Source: Octopus bimaculoides (lineage: Eukaryota). Taken from it: a DNA stretch of 64,000 bases. Of the stretch, positions 24,186 to 36,299 are shown piece by piece (positions within the stretch are counted from its first letter, which is position 1; every line of letters starts with the position of its first letter). Made by a program: the position numbers and the translations under genes. The stretch covers positions 16,272,438-16,336,437 of the forward strand of contig NC_068991.1 in the NCBI RefSeq assembly GCF_001194135.2, read 5' to 3'. The notes beneath the pieces are model-generated. The model worked only from the letters and a program-made list of their open reading frames with translations. It made no database searches and was not told the DNA's origin.

Positions 24186-24830
24186 CACCACCACTATTAT
24201 TACTTCTATCACCACCACCACCACTACTACTACTACCACTACCACCACCACCATTACTACTACTACTACCACTACCACCACCACCATTACTACTACTACT
24301 ACTACTACTACAGTAACTGAATGCTATTCACATACAACGCATACACAGAAAATGCTTAAATCATTAAAAATTCAGTCTCTTGCAATTGTCTTGTTTTTGT
24401 TTGTTGTTGTTGTTCGTGGTGGTGGTAATTTTTGCTATTGTTGTAGTTGGTAGTAGTGGTGATAGTGGTTTTGCTGTTGTTGTTGTTGTTGTTGTTGTTG
24501 GTGGTGGTGGTAGTAGTTTTGCTGTTGTTTGTTCAACATCTTATTGCAGCCTGCACAAGTCCAACACAAAGACAATCAATTATCGCCGCCACCACCACCA
24601 CCACCATCATCGCTACTACAACTACAATGACCACCATCACCACTACTCGTCACCACCACCACCACCACCACCACCACCATTACCAATCACTATCATTACC
24701 ACCACGACCACAGCGATCGCCGCTACCACGAACTACTTCCACTGTTATTACTATCAACACTAACTAACTCCCCCCCTCCAACATTACCACTTCCAACTGC
24801 CACCATCACACTCTACCACCACCACTACCA
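24110..24830. repeat. (CTA)/(CCA)/(TTG)/(TGG) trinucleotide arrays
   Basis: Direct inspection; source of the poly-V/poly-T/poly-H ORFs. Confidence 0.9.
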
Positions 24831-25349
24831 TCATCACAATCGCCGCTACCACTTCTACGTATTGTGTCCGTTTTGTTTCGTCGAGTCGGTGGTCGATACC
24901 CAAAGGGCTAACCATGATCAAATAAGACCTATGATCGAAAGAGTTTTCACTTACCACCACTCTGTCTATCTGTATTATATAAGAAAAGAAAAATATCTAT
25001 TCTGTTAATCTTTTGTTACTGGTACAAGTTATTGCTGTGCGGCCAAGCTGGAGCACTGTATACAATGGGGGTTTTGTCGGTTATATTTAACGAACTCGCA
25101 GAGGGAAAAACAGAAAAAATCAGCAGGTGTATGAGGAGGCAATAAATATTATCAAAATACAAGTTATTTCGTTGGATGCATCGATTGTTTGCAATTTCAT
25201 GCCGGATCCAAGATTATATCATGCTGATAATTTCTAACAAGAATGAAATCGTGCTATACATGATTACTACTGACTAGAAATTTTAAGAACTTCGTAATAA
25301 GCAAACAAAACAAATAGATATGTGAATTCCATGTACCTCTTTCCTTATA

Positions 25350-25577
25350 TTGGGTTGTCCGGAAAGTTCGTACCGATTTTTAAAGGAAAGAAAAAGGTCA
25401 ATAAATATTTGCCATTACATTTTTAATCAACCAAATATGAACCATTTTGTTGCACAATGCGTTTCCATCTTTCCTTTAACTTGAAAATACCCTCTTCCCA
25501 GAATTGAGGTGGTTTCATGGCAAATAAGTCGAAAGGTAAGCTACTATAAATCGGTACGAACTTTCCGGACAACTCAA
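25350..25577 (-). mobile_element. Mariner-derived MITE (228 bp)
   Basis: 30-bp TIR ttgggttgtccggaaagttcgtaccgattt (29/30), TA TSD on both sides. Interior retains the transposase C-terminus EEGIFKLKERWKRIVQQNGSYLVD* on the minus strand. Confidence 0.9.
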
Positions 25578-25793
25578 TAATTCCGTAATTTCAATTTCAA
25601 AGTTAGAATCCCGCCAAATATTATGAAGAAATGACTATCTGAGATAGACATAAGGGATAGACATATCTCCCTTATAACAATTTCCCACTAAGGAATGACA
25701 CAAGCACACATATACACAAATTACAATTCAGTCCCGTTACAGGTTTCCCTAACTGCGCACTTCCAGCTGGTTAAATCTACACATGTCACCCAC

Positions 25794-25867
25794 TCTTCCA
25801 TCGCCATAGGACTATCAGTAAATGGAGCGACAAATAAGGTCACCATGAAGAGACAGCTGTACATCAT
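25794..25867 (-). CDS. Candidate signal-peptide exon A1 (MMYSCLFMVTLFVAPFTDSPMAME)
   Basis: ATG followed by a hydrophobic core and small-residue cleavage region; GA|GTGGGT phase-2 donor; paralog at 26790-26863. Confidence 0.55.
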
Positions 25868-26669
25868 TGGATTATAATGATAAACGCTTGTACAACAGAA
25901 GTACCACTCTCTGAATCTCCGTGATTAGTATTTAGTGACAAGCCGAAGCGAGATAACTAGTGATCGCGTGAAACCGCAGGTTTTACAGCAAAATGTCCGT
26001 GTCTAAGAAGGCTGTTGTGACCAACAGCTCAGGGTTCCTCATTCTCCGTAGCCTTAATTGGATGGCGGTTGTCTCTCCTGAGTTCATCTGTCCTTTGACG
26101 AGTCGTGTTTTCCATATTGCAGGGGGTTGTCGATTTAATCAGCGACGACCCCCACCATGCAAATGGGATGTCCTGAGTTACAAGTTCCCAGTAACGCTCA
26201 AGAGTGATCTCACACAACACAACACACACGCACACGCACACACACACACACTCACTATTTTGAATAACCTTTTCAAGAATAGGACTTTTATTCAAATAAT
26301 AAGTGATTGAATAGCGAGCTTCCTAATCGTTCGATATGTGTGTGCGTGCNNNNNNNNNNNNNNNNNNNNNNNNNNNNNNNNNNNNNNNNNNNNNNNNNNN
26401 NNNNNNNNNNNNNNNNNNNNNNNNNNNNNNNNNNNNNNNNNNNNNNNNNNNNNNNNNNNNNNNNNNNNNNNNNNNNNNNNNNNNNNNNNNNNNNNNNNNN
26501 NNNNNNNNNNNNNNNNNNNNNNNNNNNNNNNNNNNNNNNNNNNNNNNNNNNNNNNNNNNNNNNNNNNNNNNNNNNNNNNNNNNNNNNNNNNNNNNNNNNN
26601 NNNNNNNNNNNNNNNNNNNNNNNNNNNNNNNNNNNNNNNNNNNNNNNNNNNNNNNNNNNNNNNNNNNNN

Positions 26670-26702
<33 letters not shown>

Positions 26703-26789
26703 CAATAGAGCATATATCAAAACAGAAGCACACTCTAAAGAATAGAGCAGTAATTACTACAGCCGGTTAGTTCTACACATGTCACCCAC

Positions 26790-26863
26790 TCTTCCATTGG
26801 CATAGGACTCTCAGTAAATGGAATGACAAATAAGGTCACCACGAAGAGACATCTGTACATCAT
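26790..26863 (-). CDS. Candidate signal-peptide exon A2 (MMYRCLFVVTLFVIPFTESPMPME)
   Basis: Same length, frame and donor as A1, no indels, mostly conservative substitutions (M/V, A/I, D/E). Confidence 0.55.
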
Positions 26864-27026
26864 TGGATTAAACTGATAAACCTTTGGTAACTCTATGTCG
26901 AAAATTTAAATTTTTGTTAGCTCGAAACGTTAAAGACTTTCTGTATTCCCGAGCGTTAAACTAATACACCCTTTTGTTGTTTACACCACCTGTCCTCGTC
27001 TGTTGTTTTTTTTCGTAAATTCTCCC

Positions 27027-27064
<38 letters not shown>

Positions 27065-27200
27065 GCTTATTTGTTAAGTACAACAGACATTTTGCCAATG
27101 CGTGGCTCGTCAAGTAATGTGGAGATTTTTGTGATTCTAACTTTAAATTTCAAGATATTTTGATTTCTTATTAAAATTTCTGTTATAAATTTTACAGTTA

Positions 27201-28005
27201 TACGAGGTGATATCGAAAAGTTCACGGACTAGCTCTGTAGTACGCTAACAGATGACAGCACATGATTGCATGCACAGTGAGAACTAGCAGTGACCTTCAT
27301 AAGGCAGTGTGCTGAGTGATGTCATTGTGTTTATTTCACAAGTTGTAAAATTTGTGTTTTTGTGATCACGTGTATGCTGTAGTCTGTGATTTTGTCAGGG
27401 ACAGAAAATTAGAACAAAAAGCTTACGTGAAATTTTGTGTTAAACTTGGGAAGTCTGCTATAGAGACATTAAGCATGCTTCGGCAAGCTTACGGCGACAA
27501 GGCAATGGATCGTACGCAATATTTCGAGTGGCACGGGCGCTTCAAAAGTTGGAGAACGTCCTTGGAAGACGGTGAGCGTTTTGGAATACCTGCCAGGAGC
27601 GTCATTCCCGGAAATGTGCTATTATGCATCGAGGATTCGTCCCCCAGGACCAGACCGTCAGTCGAGAGTTCTACAGCGACATTTTGAAGCGTTTGAGGGC
27701 GAAAGCGACTGGATCTGTGGAGCGCGAAGAATTGGATTCTTCACCGAGCTCTCCTCACTCATGAGTTCCTTGCCAAGAACAACAAAGTATCGCTTCCGCA
27801 CCCACCCTATTCGCCAGATTTAACACCTGTGGACTTCCATCTCTTCCCCAAGATGGAAATGCATCTCAAAGGTCGCCATTTTAACACCGTTGTCGAGATC
27901 AAGCGCGAAACGCAGAAGGTCTTCGACTTGCTTACGGAAAACGACTTCCAGGCTAGATTCCAAAAATAGCAAGGATCGGTGTAGTGCTGCGCAAGGTGAC
28001 TGAAG
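27201..28005 (+). mobile_element. Mariner (Mos1/Hsmar-like) element, internally deleted and 3'-truncated
   Basis: 5' end TA|cgaggtgatatcgaaaagt; HTH region EQKAYVKFCVKLGKSAIETLSMLRQAYGD...FEWHGRFK; C-terminal PHPPYSPDLTPVDFHLFPKMEMHLKGRHF. The WVPH/DDE middle is absent. Confidence 0.9.
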
Positions 28006-28322
28006 TTCGTTGGAATATTCATATAATTAAAAGATATCCTTGGCAGTGAAAAGATCGAGAACCTTTCAGTAGGGTATAACCTGAGGGAAATTTGGGTGCT
28101 AATTTCTAGCATGTCCAACGATCATGCAGAAACTTCTTAGGTCTGTAAATGTTGGGGGGTGAAACATAGATTCTCTTCTTCTTCCTTCTCCTTCAACTGT
28201 GGTTCCAGGAATGATAGAAGTGGAGGCAGAGAGAACAAACAATGTGCATGAACATATCAACTTCAACTGCTGTTGTTGCTACAGTTACTACTACTCTTAT
28301 CGTCACGTACCATAAAATTCAC

Positions 28323-28375
28323 GGAATGCAGACGATTGTTTGTCATCGATGTGTATTAGACCAGCGTCTCTCATA
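28323..28375 (-). CDS. Candidate internal exon B2 (53 nt; MRDAGLIHIDDKQSSAF)
   Basis: Acceptor identical to B1, weaker donor GTGAAT, same phases (2 in, 1 out). No exon A is visible upstream of it. Confidence 0.45.
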
Positions 28376-28658
28376 CTGACAAGAACCAAGTTATTTTCCT
28401 TCTCCACACACACAAACATTAGTTACAAAGCCAACAGTTTTGAGGTGTGGGGATTAGTCGATATCATCGACACCAGTGCCAAATTGCTATTTTATTTTAT
28501 CGAACTGGAAAGAATGAAAAGTGAATCTGACATTGGCTGGATTTGAACTCAGAACGTAAAGAGCAGAAGGAAATAGTAAAAATCATTTTGTTGGACGCTT
28601 TAATGATTCTCCCGATCCATCAACCTTCTCATCCCTTTATTAATGGCTTCGAAAATAG

Positions 28659-29530
28659 GCGGCGTACTGGCAGAATCGTTAGTACGCTGGACGAAATGCT
28701 TAGCGATATTTCGTCCGCCGTTACGTTACGAGTTCAAATTCCGCCGAGGTCGACTTTGCCTTTCATCCTTTCGGGGTCGATAAATTAAGTACCAGCTAAG
28801 CACAGGTGCCGCTCCTTCTTAAATTTCAGGCCTTGTGCCTATAGTAGAAAGGAATGATTGCTTCTAATTTAGGCACAAGGCTAACAGCTTTCATCAGAGA
28901 AGTCGATACCATCGATCTCAATACTAGACTGGTCTGGTGCTTTATTTGATTAACCCTGGAGGGATGAATGGTAAAGATGATCTCGGCGGGATTTGAACTC
29001 AGAAATAGAGTGACTAAACAAATGTCATGAGGTTTTTTTTGTGGTGGTGGTGGGGGCGGTGGCACTCAAACGATTCTTCTCTAGGCACAAGGCCCGAAGT
29101 TTTTGGGTGAGGGGGCCAGTCGATTAGATCGACCCAGTACGCAACTGGTACTTAATTTATCGACCCCGAAAGGGTGAAAGGCGAAGTCGACCTCGGCGGA
29201 ATTTGAACTCAGAACATAAAGACAGACGAAATGGCGCTGAGCATTTCGCCCGGTGTGCTAACGTTTCTGCCAGCTCGCTGCCCTCTTTTATTCACATAGT
29301 TTGCCACGAGGGCAGTTTCTGCCAATTTACCGCCTTAAATATTTTTTTCTACTCTAGGCACAAGGCCCGAAATTTTGGGGGAGGGGGCCAGTCGATTAGA
29401 TAGACTCCGGTATGCAACTAGTACTTATTTTATCGACCCCGAAAGGATGAAAGGAAAAGTCGACCTCGGCGGAATTTGAATTCAGAACGTAAAGACAGAC
29501 GAAATACCGCTAAGCATTTCGCCCAGCCTA
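28659..29530. mobile_element. Cluster of family D SINEs (one +, several -)
   Basis: Copies at 28659-28850 (+), 29078-29277 (-) and 29345-29530 (-), plus a decayed copy between them. Confidence 0.85.
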
Positions 29531-31574
29531 AGCATTTTTTATTAATGAGATGAGAAAATAGATTTTGCCTCCTTATAATTCTTTCTTCACCATAGTGTTC
29601 GTTAAGTTTAAACCCTTTTGATACCAACCCGTCTGAGATCTTCCTTGGGTGTATAACACAAACTTCTTAAAACCTTCCATCAAAATTCCATGTTAAATTC
29701 TTTGTTATTTTCAAAATTAATTGAAGCAAAGACAGCATATGTCAACAGACATTTGGTAACAAAAGGGTAATGTTGAAAACCATCCTGATTTTTATTGAAC
29801 TTGTGTTCAGTTTGTCAAGCCCCACTCTTTCCAGTTCTCGCAGCACTACTTCTCTGCATTAGACAAACACGTATTAGACAATTTACTGTTATACACAGAC
29901 ACGTATTAGACAATTTACTGTTATACACAGACACAGAGACACAACATTTATAATACAGAGCTGCGTCTTCTGTAATTCAGTTTTTTTGGGGTTTTTTTTT
30001 CTCCTTTTGCAAATAGTGACCACTCTGTAAAATATCATGACTGACATTCTATCTAATCAGTGTCGGTCGTTCGATATGTTAAAAGTAGCAGTCGGATCGC
30101 TCTGAAATTACGATCTTTCTGCAAACACAATAGAACACACACACACGCACGAGCAAATTCACGCACACCCATATACATACTCACATNNNNNNNNNNNNNN
30201 NNNNNNNNNNNNNNNNNNNNNNNNNNNNNNNNNNNNNNNNNNNNNNNNNNNNNNNNNNNNNNNNNNNNNNNNNNNNNNNNNNNNNNNNNNNNNNNNNNNN
30301 NNNNNNNNNNNNNNNNNNNNNNNNNNNNNNNNNNNNNNNNNNNNNNNNNNNNNNNNNNNNNNNNNNNNNNNNNNNNNNNNNNNNNNNNNNNNNNNNNNNN
30401 NNNNNNNNNNNNNNNNNCATTCACCACCGTCACCACCACCAACAATAACAAGAAATTTAGTTTGGCGCTGAAAAATAAACAAACGTTTCAAAACATAAAA
30501 TATAAAAATGTATTTTCGTACTCTTGTATTTTGAAACGTTTTTTACGAATTCTAATTCAAACTTCCTATATTTTAATATTTTTTGGCACCACCCTAAACT
30601 TTTTTCTTTTGCGTGTTTCACATTTTTTCAGAACATCTTTTAAGCATCATAGATTACAATTCACCCCACCACCATCACCAAATATAATTGTTTTCAGAAT
30701 TTCATAAAAAAAAGGTATTAACACTCTCCTTTTTTCTTTTTGTCTGAAATAAAGTAATTTAAAAATAATAAAAAAGAATGAAGTGTTGTTACACACAGTG
30801 TGCATGTACTAAAACTCCGCCACATCTTCACGTTTATCTCATGCGTCCCATCTCGAAAAGGCCTCGAAAGAATCGACAGACTTTATGGCCTAGAAATGCA
30901 ACAACGACAACTCAATATCCAGCAACGACAACGACCGACCTAATAGTACACACCTTTCTTTTAATACCACTTCTCTCACTGCACTCGTACATCAACATCT
31001 AAACATTTTCTGATATTCATCTTTGTGGTTAATAAATCGGTTTCACCACTAGTTGCTTTCGTTCCTTCGCCGCCTTCCATCGCTTCCCGTTGGCAGCAGG
31101 CACTCCTTATCTCTCTGTAACCCTTGTTGCTGTTGTATCTGTCTTTAATGCTGTTAGGCATTCTGCATCTCCTTATTTGCCCCGACGGCGCTCGTAAATT
31201 GTGCACTAAAATACAACCTCCTGTATGAACATCGAGCTAGAAATATCAGCCAAATCTCTTTTAAATCAAACCATGGTTTAGAGATTTTCGAACTTTTCTC
31301 ATTGCGACACACTTTTCGTGGCATATACTAAGTTTTGTTAGGGAAGCCAAATATATAACAGTTTCAGATTGTTGCAATTTTACGGGGAGGGGGTTAATTG
31401 GTTACATCGAACCCAGTGCCAGATATATTATGCAACGCTTCTAGTTGTCCTCAGAGCTGTCAGATCGTAAATGTCTTTTACAACCAAAAATACTCATAAA
31501 AAGTTTATTATATTTGACGTTCGAGACACCTAAAGATTATTGGTGGCAGTCAAACATGTCGCGACATACTCTAT

Positions 31575-31829
31575 TTCTCTTTTACTTGTTTCAGTCATTT
31601 GACTGTGGTCATACTCGAGCACCGCCTTTAGTCGAGCAAATCGACCCCCAGGACTCATTCTTTGTAAGCCTAGTACTTATTCTATCGGTCTCCTTTGCCG
31701 AACCGCTAAGTTACGGCGACGTAAACACACCAGCATCGGTTGTCAAGCGATGTTGGAGGGGAGGGGGACAAACAGACACACAAACATACACACACACACA
31801 CACACACACTTATACATATACATATATAC
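31575..31829 (-). mobile_element. SINE family B 3' half running into a gap
   Basis: Colinear with other family B copies. Confidence 0.85.
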
Positions 31830-33204
31830 NNNNNNNNNNNNNNNNNNNNNNNNNNNNNNNNNNNNNNNNNNNNNNNNNNNNNNNNNNNNNNNNNNNNNNN
31901 NNNNNNNNNNNNNNNNNNNNNNNNNNNNNNNNNNNNNNNNNNNNNNNNNNNNNNNNNNNNNNNNNNNNNNNNNNNNNNNNNNNNNNNNNNNNNNNNNNNN
32001 NNNNNNNNNNNNNNNNNNNNNNNNNNNNNNNNNNNNNNNNNNNNNNNNNNNNNNNNNNNNNNNNNNNNNNNNNNNNNNNNNNNNNNNNNNNNNNNNNNNN
32101 NNNNNNNNNNNNNNNNNNNNNNNNNNNNNNNNNNNNNNNNNNNNNNNNNNNNNNNNNNNNNNNNNNNNNNNNNNNNNNNNNNNNNNNNNNNNNNNNNNNN
32201 NNNNNNNNNNNNNNNNNNNNNNNNNNNNNNNNNNNNNNNNNNNNNNNNNNNNNNNNNNNNNNNNNNNNNNNNNNNNNNNNNNNNNNNNAAAAAAAACGAG
32301 GTGGTCTCGACTGGAATGGTTTTGATCCATAGGTCTACTCGGTAAGAGTTGACCAAGGGCTGAACAACTAAAACGTAAAAAAGGAATAAAGGAGCAATAA
32401 TGACAAATACATACTTTCCTTATTAAATTCTACTTTCTTTATCAGATAATGCAGTCGAATAAGCCTCTACACTTACTGGATGGCCATGGTTGTAATGCCT
32501 TTGGCCACAAGTCAGCTGTATTTGTCGTTTTCCCCTGATCATAGGTGTTCGAACTAAAAACCATCGAATCTTTTTATATATCTAAGACTAGATTGTTCGT
32601 TACGTTCTTCCTCTTTTACATTTGACATGCAAGAATATTATTCAAAGGAGATTTGGCTGTCATTTCTAACAATATAAACGGCCCTATGAAGGCGCCTCAT
32701 TGTTGTTGTTCAGTCCCAGTTTAACCATTATCAAAGTTAACTTTAGACCAGTCCAACCCGCCAGTTTTTGCTTCTAGCGTAGTGTATATTTTATGTTTAT
32801 TTTATCGCCTGTCTGCTTTTTAAAAACTGAAGGGTGTGAAATGAGACAGAGTTGGTTGCTATTTATAGTAAGTCAAACGCTCCCACGTTATAAGTATTGC
32901 TGAAACAACAATGCGCTTATTTCAACGAACATCATTTTCCCTCTTTTATTACCGTTCTAACCTTTCAGGCTTAACAGTTTAAAACAAAGAATCATTAACA
33001 CACACGCACGTAGGTTCTCTCTCTCTTCTTTATCTCTCTCTCCCACCCCCTTTCTCTCCCTCACTTCCTTTTCCCTTTCTGTATATGTACGTGTATGTGT
33101 GTAGCTCTTTGTGAGTATGTATATGTACACACATCTGTATGTATACATGTACGTAAACACGCACATATACACATACATTTTAAACACAATACTTAAATAT
33201 TGGT

Positions 33205-33415
33205 TTCAAATTTCGGCACGAAGCCAGCAGTTTTGACAGGTGGGTGCTAGTCAATTATATCGACCCCGGTGCTCGACTGGTACTCATTTTATCGATCCCG
33301 AAAAGATGGAAGGCAAAGTCGACCTCAGCGGAATTTGAACTCAGAACGTAATGACAGACGAAATGTCGATAAGCATTTTGCCCACCGTGCTAACGATTCT
33401 GCCAGCTCGCCGCCT
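33205..33415 (-). mobile_element. SINE family D
   Basis: Ends in ...ctgccagctcgccgcc, the reverse complement of the family D head. Confidence 0.85.
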
Positions 33416-34391
33416 TACAATACTTAAATATTAGAAAGCCTTAGCTGTGAGAAGAAATTTTAAAAATACTAATACAGCAATGTCTCGATATACGAGTTAA
33501 TTTGTTGCCGGAGACCACTCGTAAAGCAGAGCAATAATTTCCCATAGCAGCAATGTTATAAATCGTAATTCGTTCCCAGAAATATATATANNNNNNNNNN
33601 NNNNNNNNNNNNNNNNNNNNNNNNNNNNNNNNNNNNNNNNNNNNNNNNNNNNNNNNNNNNNNNNNNNNNNNNNNNNNNNNNNNNNNNNNNNNNNNNNNNN
33701 NNNNNNNNNNNNNNNNNNNNNNNNNNNNNNNNNNNNNNNNNNNNNNNNNNNNNNNNNNNNNNNNNNNNNNNNNNNNNNNNNNNATATGAGAGAGAGAGAG
33801 AGAGAGGACCGGTTAACGAGCAGAACTGATACATTGATAGAAAAGTGGAAAGAGTTAATCATGACGTTTCGGATATATTCCTTCTTCGGGATATATGTGG
33901 AAAGTAGAAAGTGAGGAGGAACGACGACGGAAAATAAATAAATAGAGGAATTGAGGTGGAAATGTCCGTGTCTGTTGATCATGCACTTCGTAGCCGTTGA
34001 CTCTGTCCGTCTGTTCGTCCCTCCATCTATCTTTCTATCTTGTAAGATGAGAGTGTAAAAACACTTAGAACTATAGTCCAGTCGATCCTTCTTTTACTAC
34101 TTGTGATAGAGTTGTGTAAAACACTACAGGCGTTTAAACGATTGTTTCACGTAAACAATAAATTTAATTAATGATTTAATTAATTATGATTGCAAAATGA
34201 AAGGGGGAAATTATCAAGAGTAAACGGCATTGTAATGTTGAAGAAAAAGAAATGAGTGTGGCTGTGTGATAAGAAGTTCGCTTTCTAACCACATGGTTCC
34301 GGGTTCAGTCCAGCTGCGTAGCACCTTGGGCAAGTGTTTTCAGTATGGCCCCGGGCCGACCAAAGCTCATCGTATACATGCATACATATAC

Positions 34392-34426
<35 letters not shown>

Positions 34427-36299
34427 ACAATTTAGCTCGGTGTAAAAATCCACCTAAGGGATGTTATTAAATAGCTAGTTCTAAAATCTCTATATGTCTA
34501 TCTGCTGAAGCATCATTACATATTTAAACGGATTTGATTATTCCTGAAAAACTTCGTTTTATTAATGAAGCGGAAACAGCTGTAATTTGTGAGTTGTGTC
34601 ATTTGTTTGTATAAAATATTTAAATTGAACTGAATTTATAATTGTTCAATTTATTTTGTTTTCCATTTCTTATATGTGTGTGTGTGTGTGTGTCCTACCA
34701 TCGATTGGGAACCGGTGTTGGCGTTTCTATGTCCCCGTAACTTAGCAGTTCGGCGAAAGAGACCAATAGAATAAGTACCAGTGGTACTCTAGGATGGTTG
34801 CAATCTAATGATTGAAATAAATACGTGAAAATGAATAAAAGAATGTGTGTATATATTTGCCCTTGGACACTTGACTACTTACGTTGATTTGTTTATATCC
34901 CTTTAATCTAGCGGTTCGGCAAAAGACATTGATGGAATAAGTACTAGACTTGAAATACAAAAGAAATTAAGTACCGAGGTTGGTTTATTCAACAAAAAAC
35001 CTCCAAAGCAGTGCTCCAGGATGGCTATATCTTAATGACCGAGACAAGTATAAGATAAAAGATAGGAAATTTTTAAACGTGGAATTCTTCACATACAAAA
35101 AAAAAAAAAACATAAAAGTTAAAAACAAAATTGTGTGTGTGTGTGTGTGCAGATTTGAGCTGGAAATTAAACTATTTGAAAAGTTTTTCTCCTTTTTGCA
35201 AAATCGTAATATCCGTTGTAGAAAACATTGGAATCCAAACAATTTTTATCTTATTTGTTTATTAATTTTTTTTTTAAAGAAAAGTGGGTGGGGCGTCTGG
35301 ACATTGCCGAATAGCTTCAATATTTCTACATCTCCGTTCAGTTTGGCGTAGGAGTGGCTGTGTGGTAAGCCGCTTGCTTACGAACCACATGCTTTCTCAT
35401 ATTATCACAACTCCCCCTTCTACAATATTAATATAACTTTTAATATACAGAGCCAATAAGGCGGTGAACTGACAGAATCGTTAGCACGCCGGACAAAATG
35501 CTTAGTAACATTTCGTCCGTCTTTACGTCTTGGGTTCTGAGAAACAAAAGACGCATTGGATAATGTGGTAATAGGTGTACTGTGCCCCCACTCCAAAAAT
35601 AAAAATAAACAAAAACGGGATGTTCGTGGCTACATCGTCAAGTGATCATAGGTCCGGGTCGTCAGGAAGCTTAATAACAACAATTATATTTACAAGCAAA
35701 TGGCAGAGCTTCTATGTGGTCGCTCGATTTACTTGAAGCACCAGCTTAATTACCCTCAAATAACACGCTACCCTCCGAAAAATTACACATACACAATACC
35801 TGCCTGGCTCCAGTACTTATGATTCATAGATCTACGTGTTCATGTTGGGCTTAGGGTTAAACAACTACTACAGCATTTCTATTTACTATTATTTCCTTTT
35901 CGCTTTTATATTCCTTGCTACTTACTTAACTCCTCTGCATCATAGCTTCTATTCCCTTTGTCTGCCTAACTGTCTGTCTGTCTCTCTCCCTCTCTCTATA
36001 TATATATATACACACACACAAGAAAGCAACATGTATACACATACACAACTTCCTTTGCTTTGCTCTCGCTGCTCCGCCTTCGCACGTTCTCACTTCGACT
36101 TCATTTTATATTGTCGGTTAAACTTCCCTCCTCTTTCACTCAGCACTCAAACATGAGAGAGGAAGAGAGGCACACGCACAGTTTCCCTCTTTCTCTATAA
36201 ATATGCGCACACACACACACGTAACGGAATCACCGTGCGTGCGTGTGTGAAGCTATCCATATATATGTATATATATAGATACATATTTATATTTATAGG

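Noticed and set aside
25812-25867. C/D box snoRNA reading of the A pair (ATGATG ... CTGA on minus)
   Set aside because: Only 53 nt from box C to box D, imperfect C box, no terminal stem, and the putative guide differs between copies.
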